Shown here in pieces: positions 51,155 through 63,400 of a stretch of 64,000 nt of DNA (position 1 is its first letter; each line of letters opens with the position of its first letter). The stretch covers positions 57,536,001-57,600,000 of the forward strand of contig NC_042997.1 in assembly GCF_006345805.1 (NCBI RefSeq). The letters run 5' to 3'. The notes beneath the pieces are model-generated. The model worked only from the letters and a program-made list of their open reading frames with translations. It was not told where the DNA came from and ran no database searches. This stretch comes from Octopus sinensis. Its lineage: Eukaryota. A program made the translations under genes and the position numbers.

Positions 51155-52439
51155 AAGATACAGATAGCTATGTTTATTATACATCTGTTTTCCCATGCTG
51201 GTACAGATTAGATAAAATTTATGAGGCAGATTTTCTACAGCTGGATGCTCTCCCAGCCATTAATCCCCATTTAATTTACAAGTCAGATATTTTTTATTCC
51301 ACTGAACTATAGGACATTTGTCCACTGCTGAATGTAAGCAATGTCAGTCTTTCACTCAGGTGCTGTTACATATTTAAAAATACATAAAAACTATCATCCA
51401 CACACTGTCCATACACACATATCTATACACATGTGATTGTTTCCATCTACTAATTCAACTCACAACATATTGGTCAATCTTAGGATATAGTGGAAGTCAC
51501 TTGTTCAAGATGCCATGCAGTTCGATCAAGCCCAAGCCACATGGTTGCAAATATATAAATACATATATATATATATATATAAATAAATATATATAATAAT
51601 GGCTGTGTAACAGGGATAGTTTTAAGCCAATTAGACAGATTTGTTCAAATTGAGCTCCTCCTGTGTACATGCTCAAGCAGAGGATACTATGATGAATTAA
51701 AGCCTTTGACTGCATCAAGCAAAAATATTCACACAATTCTTTTTATCTTTTCATGTGACAAGTGGATTTATCCCATGACTTTTAGAAAATATCTTATTTA
51801 ATTCTGATATTTATTTTCTGTGAAATGAGTGCCTGGTAATATGTGACAGGAAGGGCATCAAAATCAGCTCAACTCAGCTCAACAAGCATAAGGCCTATTT
51901 ACAAACAGTATGTCATTAATTATCTTGACTTGTAATAAAACATTAAAACTTTCATGAGCTTTCAATCCCTAGTATGTCATTGTGACTAATAATGGAGCTT
52001 CAAGTCCTCAATGCTTTTTGGCTGGGACTGGTGTACTTAAACAAAGTATAAAACATCAATCTTTAGCTTTCGTGGAGTAGAGGGCCTCACTGACAAGTCC
52101 CTAATTGGACCCTGCATTTCCTAGTGTAATAAAGTTAACTTTGTAACAATGTAGCTATGGGTTTGGCCTCACTACATGGTATCTTGAAAAAGTAACTTTC
52201 AAAATAGCTGAGTTATGTGTGTGTGTGTACACTTATACACACCTAATTTACTGCTGTACATTTGTTTCTCTATGATACTATAGATGAGATGGTTTCCCTT
52301 GCAACAGTTTTTTTTTTGTACTTTACTCAGTTATAAAGTAGAACCATTTTTGTCAGGCAAACTATTTGGAACAAGCAAAGTTATGTACCTTGCATAATAG
52401 TTCAAGTACTAAACATTCAACTCTTGAATCTTTAGCATT

Positions 52440-52830
52440 GTTTTAAAGTTCACTTTTCCATGCTTGCTTAGGTTGGAGGGAATTTGATGAGGCAAACTTT
52501 CTACAGTGAGATGCCCTTCTTGCTTCCAAGCAAGGTAATATTTCTTCAAGACGGGGCATATTTTCACAGAAGATTAGAAAGGAAGGACACCACTTATGTA
52601 ACTGACACTCATTTACAACTACCACATGATGTCTAGGCAAGGAGACAGTAACACACACACACGCAGAGATCTGTCTGTCTATCTATTTCTCTCTCTCTCT
52701 GTAATGGGTTTCTTTCACTTTCTGTATACCAAATCCACTCTGGGTTATAATAGAAGATGCCCAAAATGTCACACAGATGTGGGATTGAACCTGGAACAAT
52801 GTGTGTGGAAAGCAGCTCAGCACCATAACA
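52440..52830 (-). mobile_element. tRNA-derived SINE
   Basis: Reverse-complement homology to 50445-50875. A similar degenerate copy lies at 51175-51550. Confidence 0.7.
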
Positions 52831-52941
52831 GAATGACATGACTATCATCACCATGACCATGATTATGATATTGGTACTTATATTGGGTAACATTAAACAG
52901 AATAAAAACAAATTAATGCCAAATTATAAATTGAAGCTTAC

Positions 52942-53126
52942 TTTGGTTTATATTTTTTTAATTCTTCTTCAACTTCTAACAAGCGTACTTTCAACTCATT
53001 TCTCTCTTTTAGAACTTCCCGAAGTTCTGCTATAGAGAATCGTGGACTTTCTTGATCCGAAATGTCAACAGTGATTTTACCATATTTACTGAGTTTTTCT
53101 TCAAGCCTGCTCAATTCTTCTGCTGT
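52942..53126 (-). CDS. RILPL1: RILP-like protein exon (RH2 Rab-binding domain)
   Basis: tctcag|ACA...AA|gtaagc, 185 nt, phase 0/2. Encodes ...VDISDQESPRFSIAELREVLKERNELKVRLLEVEEELKKYKP, matching the RH2 motif PRFTLQELRDVLHERNELK. Confidence 0.92.
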
Positions 53127-53941
53127 CTGAGATAAAGAAACAAAATAGAAACAGTGTAAATAAAAATAAAAATGGTTTCTGATTAAGGCACAAGGCAATG
53201 GCATAGCATGGGGTGTACAGGGTGTGTGCACTACATAGGGTTGCTACTGTAGTTGAAGATATGTTTAAGGAAGGGTGCAACCTAAACTGCAAATTGCTGG
53301 CCTTCTTCTATGTCACTGGCGCAAGACCAACAATTTTGAGGGGAGGGGGTTTAGGTGATATCATTGACACCAGTATTTAGGTAGTATTTTATTTTATCAA
53401 TTCTAAAAGGATGAAAGACAAAGGTGACTTCAATAGGATTTGGGTTCAGAACATTAAGAGCTGGAACAAACACTGCAAAATGTTGAGGGTTTTGCTAGAC
53501 CTTTTTACTGGAATTGTGAAGGCATATAACCAAGTGGTTAGAGGGTTACATTTACAATCACAACATTATGGTTTTGATTCCCTGATCAGCAGTGCATTGC
53601 ATTCTTGAGCAAAGCAGTTCATTTGAAGTTGCTCCAGTCCACTCAGCTGTAAATGGGTAACCCTGCAACAGATTGGCATTCTGTTCAGGAGGAATGTTAA
53701 CCTATCCACCTGACCAGTGGGAGATCATCATTTGAAAGATACAACAATGTAAGGAAGTGTATGATGACCAGCAGTGTATAACAACATCTGACAGTTTGGT
53801 TAATGCAGTGATATAGTAATGTTACTGAAATTACAAGCTACTATTATTTTCAAGTCTTGCTGTAAGAAGTCTCATTTGATCAAACAAATTCAAAATATGA
53901 TTTTCTTGAAATGTAATTAAAAAAAATTATGTTCAACTTAC

Positions 53942-54163
53942 TAAAGAACCATTGTCTGAACCATCACTTGGTGCATCTGAAGATTCACATTCTTGTTCCT
54001 TTAGGAGTCCTTTAATGGTCAAGATTTGTTTTTCTTTATCCTGAATGTGAGACTGTAGTTCTAGCCTCTCTTCTAACAGAGTCTGTGTCTGCTTCCTTTG
54101 AGAAGAATTCTTTCTACGTAAATCAGTATTTATTTTCACAACTCTTTCCAACTGTGATTGAAG
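53942..54163 (-). CDS. RILPL1: RILP-like protein exon (coiled coil)
   Basis: cttcag|CTT...TTA|gtaagt, 222 nt, phase 0/0. Encodes LQSQLERVVKINTDLRRKNSSQRKQTQTLLEERLELQSHIQDKEKQ... (cf. LQQQQTRLMKINHDLRHR). Confidence 0.9.
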
Positions 54164-55184
54164 CTGAAGAAAAAAATAATGAAACAAAATATAGAAGCCT
54201 TAAACCTTATTTAATGAATCTCTCTCATAATTCCATTCTGAAATATCTCTAAATAACTGATCTACAGCCACGAAATGTGTTCGCACTATCCACTTTCACA
54301 AAACACAATGCCCCAATTTCTCCAAACTCCACATTGACTTTGGTAATCATATCCTCCAGATCCTCATTATTCTAGCACTTGTAACTGTTTTGTTCAATTT
54401 TTCTTCCTAGAGCTGTACCCTTGAAACTCCTTCCTGATACATACTTTCTATAACTACTAGCATGTAAGGGTTTGAACTGAACATTATTAATATGGCTTAC
54501 TGTACTTCCAATTTATCATTATCAGTATAACTTACTACACTATCAACTCAGTTTAAGGCAACTATGAAACATTTATAGTCACAGTCCCTTCTCTTCTGAA
54601 CATCTTTAGAAATACAGTAGTCTTTGTAATGCAATTTTGGCAATGTTATATATATTTTGTATATTCATTAGATTGTAAAGCTTAACATTTTTAGTAATTT
54701 TGGGATTATGTTTTCTTATGGGATGATCAGAAAGAAGGGACTGTGCCTAAAGCATCTCCAGACTCTGAGTTGTGTTTCTCATGTTAAACATTTTTTTGGC
54801 TCACTACATTAAGTATGTTAGCTCCCCCATCACAACCACCATCACTTAAGTATAATGCACAAAAGAAAAATAAAGACTACACACATAAAAAAGAAATGAT
54901 TTTGAGTTGTGATGTTATGATGGTGATAATAGTTGTGGTGACAACAGGGATAATGTTCCTTACGGATTATGTATTATTTATGCATCATCAAGTACAGATC
55001 TTGTTTCAACTTGAAGCTGCAAAGTAAAATAAGAGCTTGTTTCAACTTGAAGTTGTGAAGTAATATAAAATACTGAGGAACAATACAGCATAATGAGATT
55101 GTTTAGTTTTAATGTGTTTAAAACTGATTCATATGAATTTCTGAAATGTTTTTCTGGTTTGAAACTTTTTTTTTTTTTCGACTC

Positions 55185-55388
55185 TATGCACAAGGCCCAA
55201 AATTTTGGTGGAGGGGGCCAGTCAATTACATCGATCCCCGTACGCAGCTAGTACTTAATTTATCGTCCCCTGAAAGGATGAAAGGCAAAGTCGACCTTGG
55301 CGGAATTTGAACTCAGAACATAAAGACAGACGAAATACTGCTAAGCATTTTGCCCAGTGTGCTAACGTTTCCACTAGCTCACCGCCTT
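55185..55388 (-). mobile_element. SINE family B, well-preserved copy
   Basis: gcacaaggcc...gaaaggatgaaaggcaaagtcgaccttggcggaatttgaactcag...; CpGs retained. Confidence 0.8.
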
Positions 55389-55944
55389 TCTGGTTTGAAA
55401 TTTTGAAAGGGTGATGAAGATAAAACAGAAGATTTATTTAAACTATGTATGGTATGCTATACTTGTGAGTTCTAATATTTGCAGTGCAATAGTTAATGAG
55501 TTTGCTGGTGACCTAGGATTATGTATTATTTGAATACTTCAATGGAGGATAATAATTTTCTGAGCTGGACTTTAGACCTAGGATAATGATAGGAAGTTCA
55601 TAACCTGAATTACTATAGCCAAAAATATTCCTGACTTTTTGTTGATTCAAAATATTAAATACTGCTAAACTTCAAGAGACATTTTAGCTTATAAACAAAG
55701 TGAGAAGTTCATCAAGTTGACATGTTTGGGTTATTTTTGTGTCTTACAATATAAATGGTTGCTGTTTAATTATAAGCATGCCATTTCAGGATATGGATCC
55801 ATACCAGTGGCAGAGAAAGCAGATCATTGATAACACTTGATATATAATTTCTAATGGTTGAAGTATTGCAGTACAATACTTAATGAGTTTGCTGGTGACC
55901 TAGGGTTATGTATTATTTGAATAATTCAATAGAGATTGTCATTG

Positions 55945-56340
55945 TCATCATCACCATCATCCTCATTGAACATTCACTTTTCCATGCTTGCATGGATCTG
56001 ATGGAATTTCTTGAGGCAGATTTTCTACAGCTGGGTACCCCTCCTATTACCAACCTTCACCTGTTTCTAACCAATGTAACATTCTTCCATGGTCAGACAT
56101 GTTTTTCGTGGAAGACTGGAAACGAACAACTTTGCATGATGATGATGCTCATTTACAACCACTACATGATGTCTAAATAAAGACACACACACACACACAC
56201 AACAGTTTCACCAAATCTACTTTCAAAGCTTTGGTTGGCATGGGGCTATAGTAGAAGATACTTGTGAAAGTGCTGCACAGTGGGACTGAACCTAAGGCTA
56301 CATGGTTGGGAAGCAAGCTTCTTAACCACACAGCCATGAC
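55945..56340 (-). mobile_element. tRNA-derived SINE
   Basis: Reverse complement has head tggctgtgtggttaagaagcttgcttcc and a (GAT)-like tail. Confidence 0.78.
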
Positions 56341-56385
56341 TGCATCTATTCCACATCTACACATGCAAAAGAGGAGGGAGTTTAA

Positions 56386-56606
56386 CCCTTTAGCATTCAG
56401 ATTACCCTGTCAAATGTAATGCTTATTTATTCACATTATTTTGAATTAATCCTGCATTATCCCTCAGCTCTGAGATTCCAGTGATGTGCTCATATATTTT
56501 TTTAAATGACACAATAGGATAGGGGAGAGATGCCAGATCTGGGCAGTTTGAACATAAAACAGGTAGAATATTCTGGCTGGATATGGTTGGTTTAAATGCT
56601 AAAGGG
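56386..56606 (-). mobile_element. piggyBac-like MITE family 2, opposite orientation
   Basis: TTAA|CCCTTTAGCATT...AATGCTAAAGGG|TTAA with perfect 12-bp TIR. Interior is the reverse complement of the 48266 copy. Confidence 0.88.
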
Positions 56607-57174
56607 TTAAATCATTTTATTTCAATTTATTAATGCTAAAATTGTCATTTATCTGTAACTTTGACTATTTATATAAAATTACTTTTAAAAAAATTGTGAA
56701 ATTAGTAAATTAGATGATAAGTCATATATAGTAAACTAGATGGCTAAACACAATGGCTACTGAAATACTTGAACTTTAAACTTTACAATCATTAATCCAG
56801 TACCTAATCTTTCAACTATTATTCCTATGTATCTGGCTAATTTGAAAGTAGCCAGCCTACACAATTATTTCCTGAAGCTACAACCATTAGAAATTATATA
56901 TCAAGTGTTATCAATGATCTGCTTCCTCCACCACTGATATGGATCCACATCCTGAAATGGCATGCTTATAACCGAATAGCAACCATTTATATTGTAAGAC
57001 ACAAAAATAACTCAAACATGTCAATTTCTCACTTTGTTTATATACTAAAATGTCTCTTCAAGTTTAGCAGTATTTAACATTTTGAATCAACAAAAGAAAA
57101 TCAGGAATATCTTTGGCGATAGTAATTCAGGTTATGAACTTCCTATCATTATCCTAGGTCACAAAATTATTACC

Positions 57175-57500
57175 CAACCACATGGTTCCAGGTTCAGTCC
57201 CACTGTGTGACACCTTGGTTAAGTGTCTTCTACTATAGCCTCAGGCTGACCAAAGTTTTGTGAGAGGATCTGGTAGACAGAAACTGAAATAAGCCTGTCA
57301 TATATCTGTGTGTGTGTGTGTGTCTGTTTGTCTCCCACCACTGCTTGACAACCAATGATGGTGTATTTATGTGCCCGTAACTTAGCAGTTTGGCAAAAGG
57401 AACCAATAAAATAAGTATCAGGCTTAAAAAAATAATAAGAACTGGGGTTGATTCATTCAACTAAAAATTTTTCAAGGCGATGTCCCAGCATGGCCACAGG
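57175..57500 (+). mobile_element. tRNA-derived SINE (family A), 5'-clipped
   Basis: ggttcagtcccactg B-box, aagtgtcttctactatagcc, (TG)n. Homologous to 724-1047. Confidence 0.8.
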
Positions 57501-57600
57501 TAAAAGGCAAACGATAAAAGCTACATACAACAATTATTTGGTAGGTGTGAATGAGGTGAGGGTTACAATTAAGAAGTTTGGAAAAGAAATGTGAACTTAC

Positions 57601-57719
57601 TGCATCTGAATCCGTTTGTTTTTGGTTGACTTCTTTTTTCATGGCACGTATCTGATTTCTCTGCTTATCGATAGTTTCTTTCAATCTGGTCAACACCTGC
57701 AATTCTTCTTCTTCTTTTC
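57601..57719 (-). CDS. RILPL1: RILP-like protein exon (coiled coil)
   Basis: Minus strand: KEEEELQVLTRLKETIDKQRNQIRAMKKEVNQKQTDSDA|gtaagt. Resembles RILPL1 ERQVMKKLKEVVDKQRDEIRAK. The acceptor appears to be AAG, so the 5' boundary is approximate. Upstream exons lie beyond 64000. Confidence 0.82.
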
Positions 57720-60106
57720 CTTGATAAAGATAAAAAGAAAAGGAAAATATTCATTATATCCAGTTTATCTTCATGAAGTAAAATATCTCCAAGCAAAAAA
57801 GTAAGCAAATATTTCCAGCAACATTTGATGAAAAAAACATTAAGGAAAAAAAAACAAAAAAAAAACTATCCCCTATGCAATGACAAATAGGTTAGAAATG
57901 TGCTAATTAATACTTTAAAAGTATTCTGCATCATAAACTAGGATGGTATTTGTGTTCTGATTTCAAGCTTGTTGAGCAAAATGTGTAGAAAGTTTATAGA
58001 GTTAGAAATGATGTGCCACTCAATTAACAAGAATGGATAGTAGGCACAGGAGAAGAGATATTGTAAGAGAGTAGAAAGTAATCTGAACACAGGAAGACAG
58101 ATGAGAACCTGGAGATCATTTATACTGGTTTGAAGGTGTTACAATCTGCAAAGAACAGATTAGTTGTGGAACAAGAAGAAGAAAAAGAATTTAATAAACT
58201 TGTAGTTATGAGTTTCTGACAAAACTCAATCAGTTGAATTTTTTTTTTTTTTTTGTATTTTTATTTGTCACCACCAAGTCACTCAGAAAAAACATGATTA
58301 AAAGCCATCCTGTCACATTTTCCACTAGCTTTTAGATTAACAAGGCCAGCATAACCTACTTGTCACTTGATTATTATATATTTTCCTAATTGAAAAGAAA
58401 ACTGCAAGAGGAAAAGAAAACCCATGCCTTAAGCACACATACAATCAAGCATACATAACACACATACAGATTCAACACAAAAAGCAGGCATTTCCTGATG
58501 CAAAATTCAAGCAAAATATATAAACAGTTACACTATCTAATCTATAAGCTTAACATTAAATTCATTATGGACTATGCTAGACCTGCTTGGACCTTTAAAA
58601 CTCTCTACCATTAAACACAATAAATTACATACCACACAAAACAGTAATCTTTGTATCATAAAAGACTGAACTTACATATTTGCACCTATTGACCACCTAC
58701 ATCAAGCAAAAGTAATAACGCTAAAATGCTATGTGGACATGCATGACTTGTGATAGAAGTAAGCTCAAACATAAAAAACTTTTCAGTAACATGTCTAACT
58801 TTCCCAAATTAACTAATTATGTTTATCATCACTCCAGCACTCTACAAAAGTACAATGTTGAAATGCTACCTCTATCTTTAAAAAAAATTTTAAGACTTAA
58901 CCTAAGAATGTAACATCCTTTACAGTATCTCTAAGACTACTGTGAAAAAGAAAGGAACACTGGTCCAATGCTTGCTGTAGAGAGGACTTTATTATACTAT
59001 ATGGGAGATTAACTCTACCATAAAAAAACTGTTTATTTGATGGGCTTCTGTTCACTTGTCTACCCAATTTTGTTTCAGAGCTTGGGTTAACTCAAGTCAT
59101 ATGTTATGTTCAATGCAGGCATGGGTTGGATGGTTTGATAGGATTTCCTGTGTCCAAGAACTGCATTTGCTCCAACATCTACTTTGGCATGGTTTCTATG
59201 GCTGGATGCCCTGCCTAACACCAACCATTTTAGGAAGGGTATCCAGTCTTAGAGATCATGCCAAAGTGGACTGTAGGAGTAAACCCAGAACTATGTGATA
59301 AAAAAAGGAAACATCTTAACAGAGCCATATTAGATCCTGATATCTCCTGCACTTATTAGATCCTGTTATCTCCCGACCCATACTTATATAAATAGCTGTA
59401 GTATTGATTGCTTGAAACCAGACATTAGGCACTTGCAAAAATTATTATTGACTAGGATGTCAAAAGTAGATTGCTACAACAAAGTAGGGCCTTGAAGATA
59501 CCTCTTATCCTCAACCCCAAACCTATTATAGGCTATCAGTGATCTCTCTGAGAGGTCAAATATAATGATCACCAGATCAAGCAAGCAATCAGAAGACAGA
59601 AAAGACTGTCAGTCAGTTAAGCTCCAATATTTTACTGGATTACAACCAATAATAAATCCTGGGTATTGAGGCTGTTGAACACTAATCAAGTCTACCTACC
59701 TCTTCTCTATTGTTGTTAACCACCAGAGCTTACATCCATACACAAACAAGTCAGACAACAACATCAAATGAAACATGCTTCAATTTCTACATCACAACCT
59801 ATGTTACACAAATTACATTACAGCATAGTCTCAAACTAAAATAAAAACTAGACATATTTAAAATGCTGAGCTTGTAAGTTTCTCTCAACATATCTGATAA
59901 TCTACTTTTATGACAGATATATAAAAAACAGAAATGGATATTGTTACTTTACGACTATATCCACAATTTCTAATACTAAAAACATTATAACCACCATCAC
60001 AACAAGAGAAGCTTCTGTGAAATACAAATACTATAATGAATTCTTTAAAAACACTCAAGTTGAGAAGATAGTGGTAGGCCTCTTTTGTTTGATTTTAATT
60101 CAACAG

Positions 60107-60155
60107 ACACGCACGCACATGCACACACACGCACATGCACACACACACGCGCGCG

Positions 60156-60199
<44 letters not shown>
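60107..60199. repeat. (CA)n/(CG)n alternating purine-pyrimidine tract
   Basis: Visible directly. Includes a cgcgcgcg core, so potential Z-DNA. Confidence 0.9.
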
Positions 60200-60200
<1 letters not shown>

Positions 60201-60464
60201 CACATCATCATGACCAAACATCTCATGAAACCAATAAGAGAGTCTCTATGTGGTTGTTCACTTGAAATAACAGTCAAATTTCCCTCCTATTCTTAAAAAA
60301 GAAAGGAATCCTCGGATAATGGAGTCTTAGGTGTCTGAAAAAGAAATAGACAGATGGTTGGAATACCTTTGATCATTATTCTGATCAATTAGTTTGACTT
60401 GAGACTAAATAACAATAACAAACAATTTGATCATCTGTATCATATGCTCAAGCAGCCCAGCTGG

Positions 60465-60712
60465 GGCTATCATCAACAACATCTCAACTATTACCATACT
60501 TAACATCACCATAACCATTACAATCAAAATCATAGTGATCAACACCAACAGAAACATCACCACAGTCGACATCCCCACAATCATCTGTATAGTTAACATT
60601 ACTGCAACTCTCACAGTGGTCGTCGACACCACTGCAACCATCACTGTGATCAACATATAATGAACAGCACCATGGCTACCACCATAGTAAACACTTTTGT
60701 AACCATCACTAC
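60465..60712. repeat. Degenerate (CAT/CAC/CAA)n trinucleotide tract
   Basis: Trinucleotide periodicity produces the I/T- and V/M-rich pseudo-ORFs. Confidence 0.75.
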
Positions 60713-62235
60713 AGAAAGTAGTGCTACTCTATTGGCAGAATTGTTAGAGCTTGGGACAAAATGCCTTGTGGTATTTACTCTGGCTTTCTGCACTGCAAAT
60801 TCAAATCCCACTGAGGTCAACTTTTCTTTTCATCCCTTCAGGATTCATGAATGAAAATATTGGTCCAGGACACTGGATTGGCAGAACTGTTAAAGCGTTA
60901 GACTGGGTGCTTTGCTGCATTTTTTCATTTGTTCCAGTTCTTTTTATTTTAAGTTGTTGGCTGGTAGACCTCAATCCATTGCCTAGTTTAGCACCACCAT
61001 CTGGTCTTTGAGTGCCTTTAGTAGAATTCATTCTGTTGCAAGCCCCTGGGCCAGGTTTCTTGTTTGAGGATAACATCTTCCATTCATCTCACCACTCTCA
61101 GAAGCCCTGAAAAAATAAAGGCTCGTCAGTGTTGCCTATCCCTCTGGTTAATCAGTAAGAAAAAAAAAAAAAGGAAAATGATGGTAAATACTGCCACAAC
61201 CTTTGGCATGGTAAACACCAGTATATCACAGCAGGTTTCTTTGAGAAAGCAAGAAGTGAAAATGACCAAAATACAGTAACATCAGTGAAAGAAAGCATTA
61301 TAGGGCATGCACAGTTAATGGTATGGTATTTGAAAGAAAAGTGGAAGAATAAATGAGTATGGTAAAATAAATGAATGAAATTGGATAAAGCATGCTTGGC
61401 TATAGCTGGACAGAAATATTGGGTGAGGATGGTAGTGCAATTAGCATTTGTGAGATGCAAATGCCATAATGAATTTTCTTAGAAAGGTACAGTTGAGATG
61501 GAATCTCAGTGCTTCGTTTGGATCTCAATTTGTATACACAAACACAAATATGCCTATACATTTCTATGTAGGTAATATGTAGAAGTATATATGTATGCAC
61601 TTATGTGTGTATATAGATCACATATGTTTGTAGTTTAAGTGCTCTTTGTTGTATGTAAACATTTTCAATGACAGATATACATATCTTGTGAGAGTTTGTT
61701 AATACGTATATACATTTAGTTATTAGTCTACTAGTTCAAGAAACAATTTTATAAGTCCAAGTGTATAAGTTGATTATTAAAATTATTAATAAATATGGCT
61801 GTTAATATAATAATTAATAATATTAATTCATCTTAAAACTTATTTATCTCAAGAACCTAATGTCTTCAAATTTTTCTTGTTATTCATAGCTAGTAGAAAG
61901 CATCAATTAATGAATACGTATGTTGGTTTCAAAGAATTTGAACAGTTGTGTTCTTCATATCTTAAGTTAATGAAAGTGAAGTGAAATGGCTTCTACTGGA
62001 TTCCAGGCTTAGCACATTGAAAGCTTACTGCCATTTTTTGGCACCTCAGTAAATGAGATGAAAGAAAATTTAAGGGGCTTCATTATCTTGGGTAAGATGG
62101 GACTCAGATGCCCTCCTTGACACCAACCTTTTTAGTCACTTCTTAATATTAATATTAAGTAATGTTAACCAAATTGGTAAATTATTGAGAATTATTTTAC
62201 ATTATTATATCATTGATAATTATATTATATTAGTA

Positions 62236-62700
62236 TCATCATCATCATCATCATCATCATTTAACGTCCGCTTTCCATGCTAGCATGGGTTGGACGGTTC
62301 AACTGGGGTCTGGGGAGCCCGAAAGCTGCACCAGTCCAGTCAGATCTGGCAGTGTTTCTACAGCTGGATGCCCTTCCTAACGCCAACCACTCCAAGAGTG
62401 TAGTGGGTGATTTTATGTGCCACCGACACAGGTGCCAGACGAGGCTGGCAAACGGCCACGCTCGGATGGTGTTTTTTATGTGCCACCGACACAGGTGCCA
62501 GACGAGGCTGGCAGACGGCCACGCTCGGATGGTGTTTTTATGTGCCACTGACACAGGTGCCAGATGAGGCTGGCAAACGGCCACAATCGGATGGTGTTTG
62601 TTACGTGCCCACAGCACGGAGGCCAGTCGATGCGGTACTGGCTACGACCACGTTCGGATGGTTTTCTTGTGTGCCACGTGCCACCGGCACTGGTACCACA
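62236..62700 (-). mobile_element. Young GC-rich SINE-like element with internal ~63-bp tandem repeat and (GAT)n tail
   Basis: (CAT)n followed by ttaacgtccgctttccatgctagcatgggttggacgg. Units start at 62415, 62478, 62540, 62603 and 62669. Confidence 0.8.
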
Positions 62701-63199
62701 AAGATACAAATTCCATTGATGTTCATCTATTTTGATATTATTGTTAATTATTTTATAACTTGGAAAAATGAATGACAAAATTAACTCTGGTGTGATTTGA
62801 CTATAGAAGAATGAGTGACTGATCTAGAATAAAACTCAACTGCATAAGACAATGGTTTGCTACCAAGCTAAACTACAGTATTTAACAATAACAACTGTAT
62901 AAGGTTATACCATGTAATAAACAGTCCTTTTTTAACATCTTTCTTACTTATTGTATATCATAATCACAATCCATGAACTTGTTAAGCAGGATAATTATGA
63001 TTCTACATAAAGTAAAAACAAATTTCCAGGTTCAGACATATTTAATTATCCCCAAGTGAAGATAAACAGGCACAAATCTAAAGACGGGTACAATCCTAAA
63101 CTTGTTAAAACAAAAGATGAAATAAAGGCAATTACCACACATTCTCACAAAAATTTTACAACTTTCAAAATAAACCTTTGTAAATTGAGATCACCTTGA

Positions 63200-63400
63200 T
63201 AATCCTCATCGTCAGTTACGAGTTCATTTTTTTCATGCTGGCTTAAAGTTGAAGGGATCTGCAAGACCTTATATTTCCATGCAACTCTATCAAGCATCAT
63301 ACCTTTGAAATTCACATTGCTTTGATCTATTCTGTCCAACATCTCCTAATTATCCCATGCCAATTCTTCACTCAAATCAATCCTATCTACTGTAATTTTT
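63200..63400 (-). mobile_element. Possible RTE-like 3' end with SINE-type tail
   Basis: RRCWTE and MLDRVAWK (DRxxW) motifs followed by gccagcatgaaaa...tgacgatga, like local SINE tails. Confidence 0.35.

Larger units (their letters stand above)
55575..57160. repeat. ~285-bp inverted duplication, arms 55575-55860 and 56881-57160
   Basis: gacctaggataatgataggaagttcataacctgaattact...ctaatggttg is the reverse complement of caaccattag...atcctaggtc, with scattered substitutions and small indels. Confidence 0.92.

Noticed and set aside
60405-60660. Hydrophobic ORFs on both strands resembling membrane proteins
   Set aside because: They arise from a degenerate trinucleotide repeat.
60801-61106. Exon-like segment with acceptor ttttttcag and a 91-aa ORF (MLSSNKKPGPG...)
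   Set aside because: The 3' half of the ORF is SINE family B sequence, there is no similarity to the RILP RH1 region, and all three frames from the acceptor hit stops. A non-coding or micro-exon cannot be excluded without RNA data.
62415-62700. CRISPR-like appearance of regularly spaced repeats with hairpins
   Set aside because: Whole units repeat with no unique spacers, there are no cas genes, and the array sits inside a eukaryotic SINE-like element.
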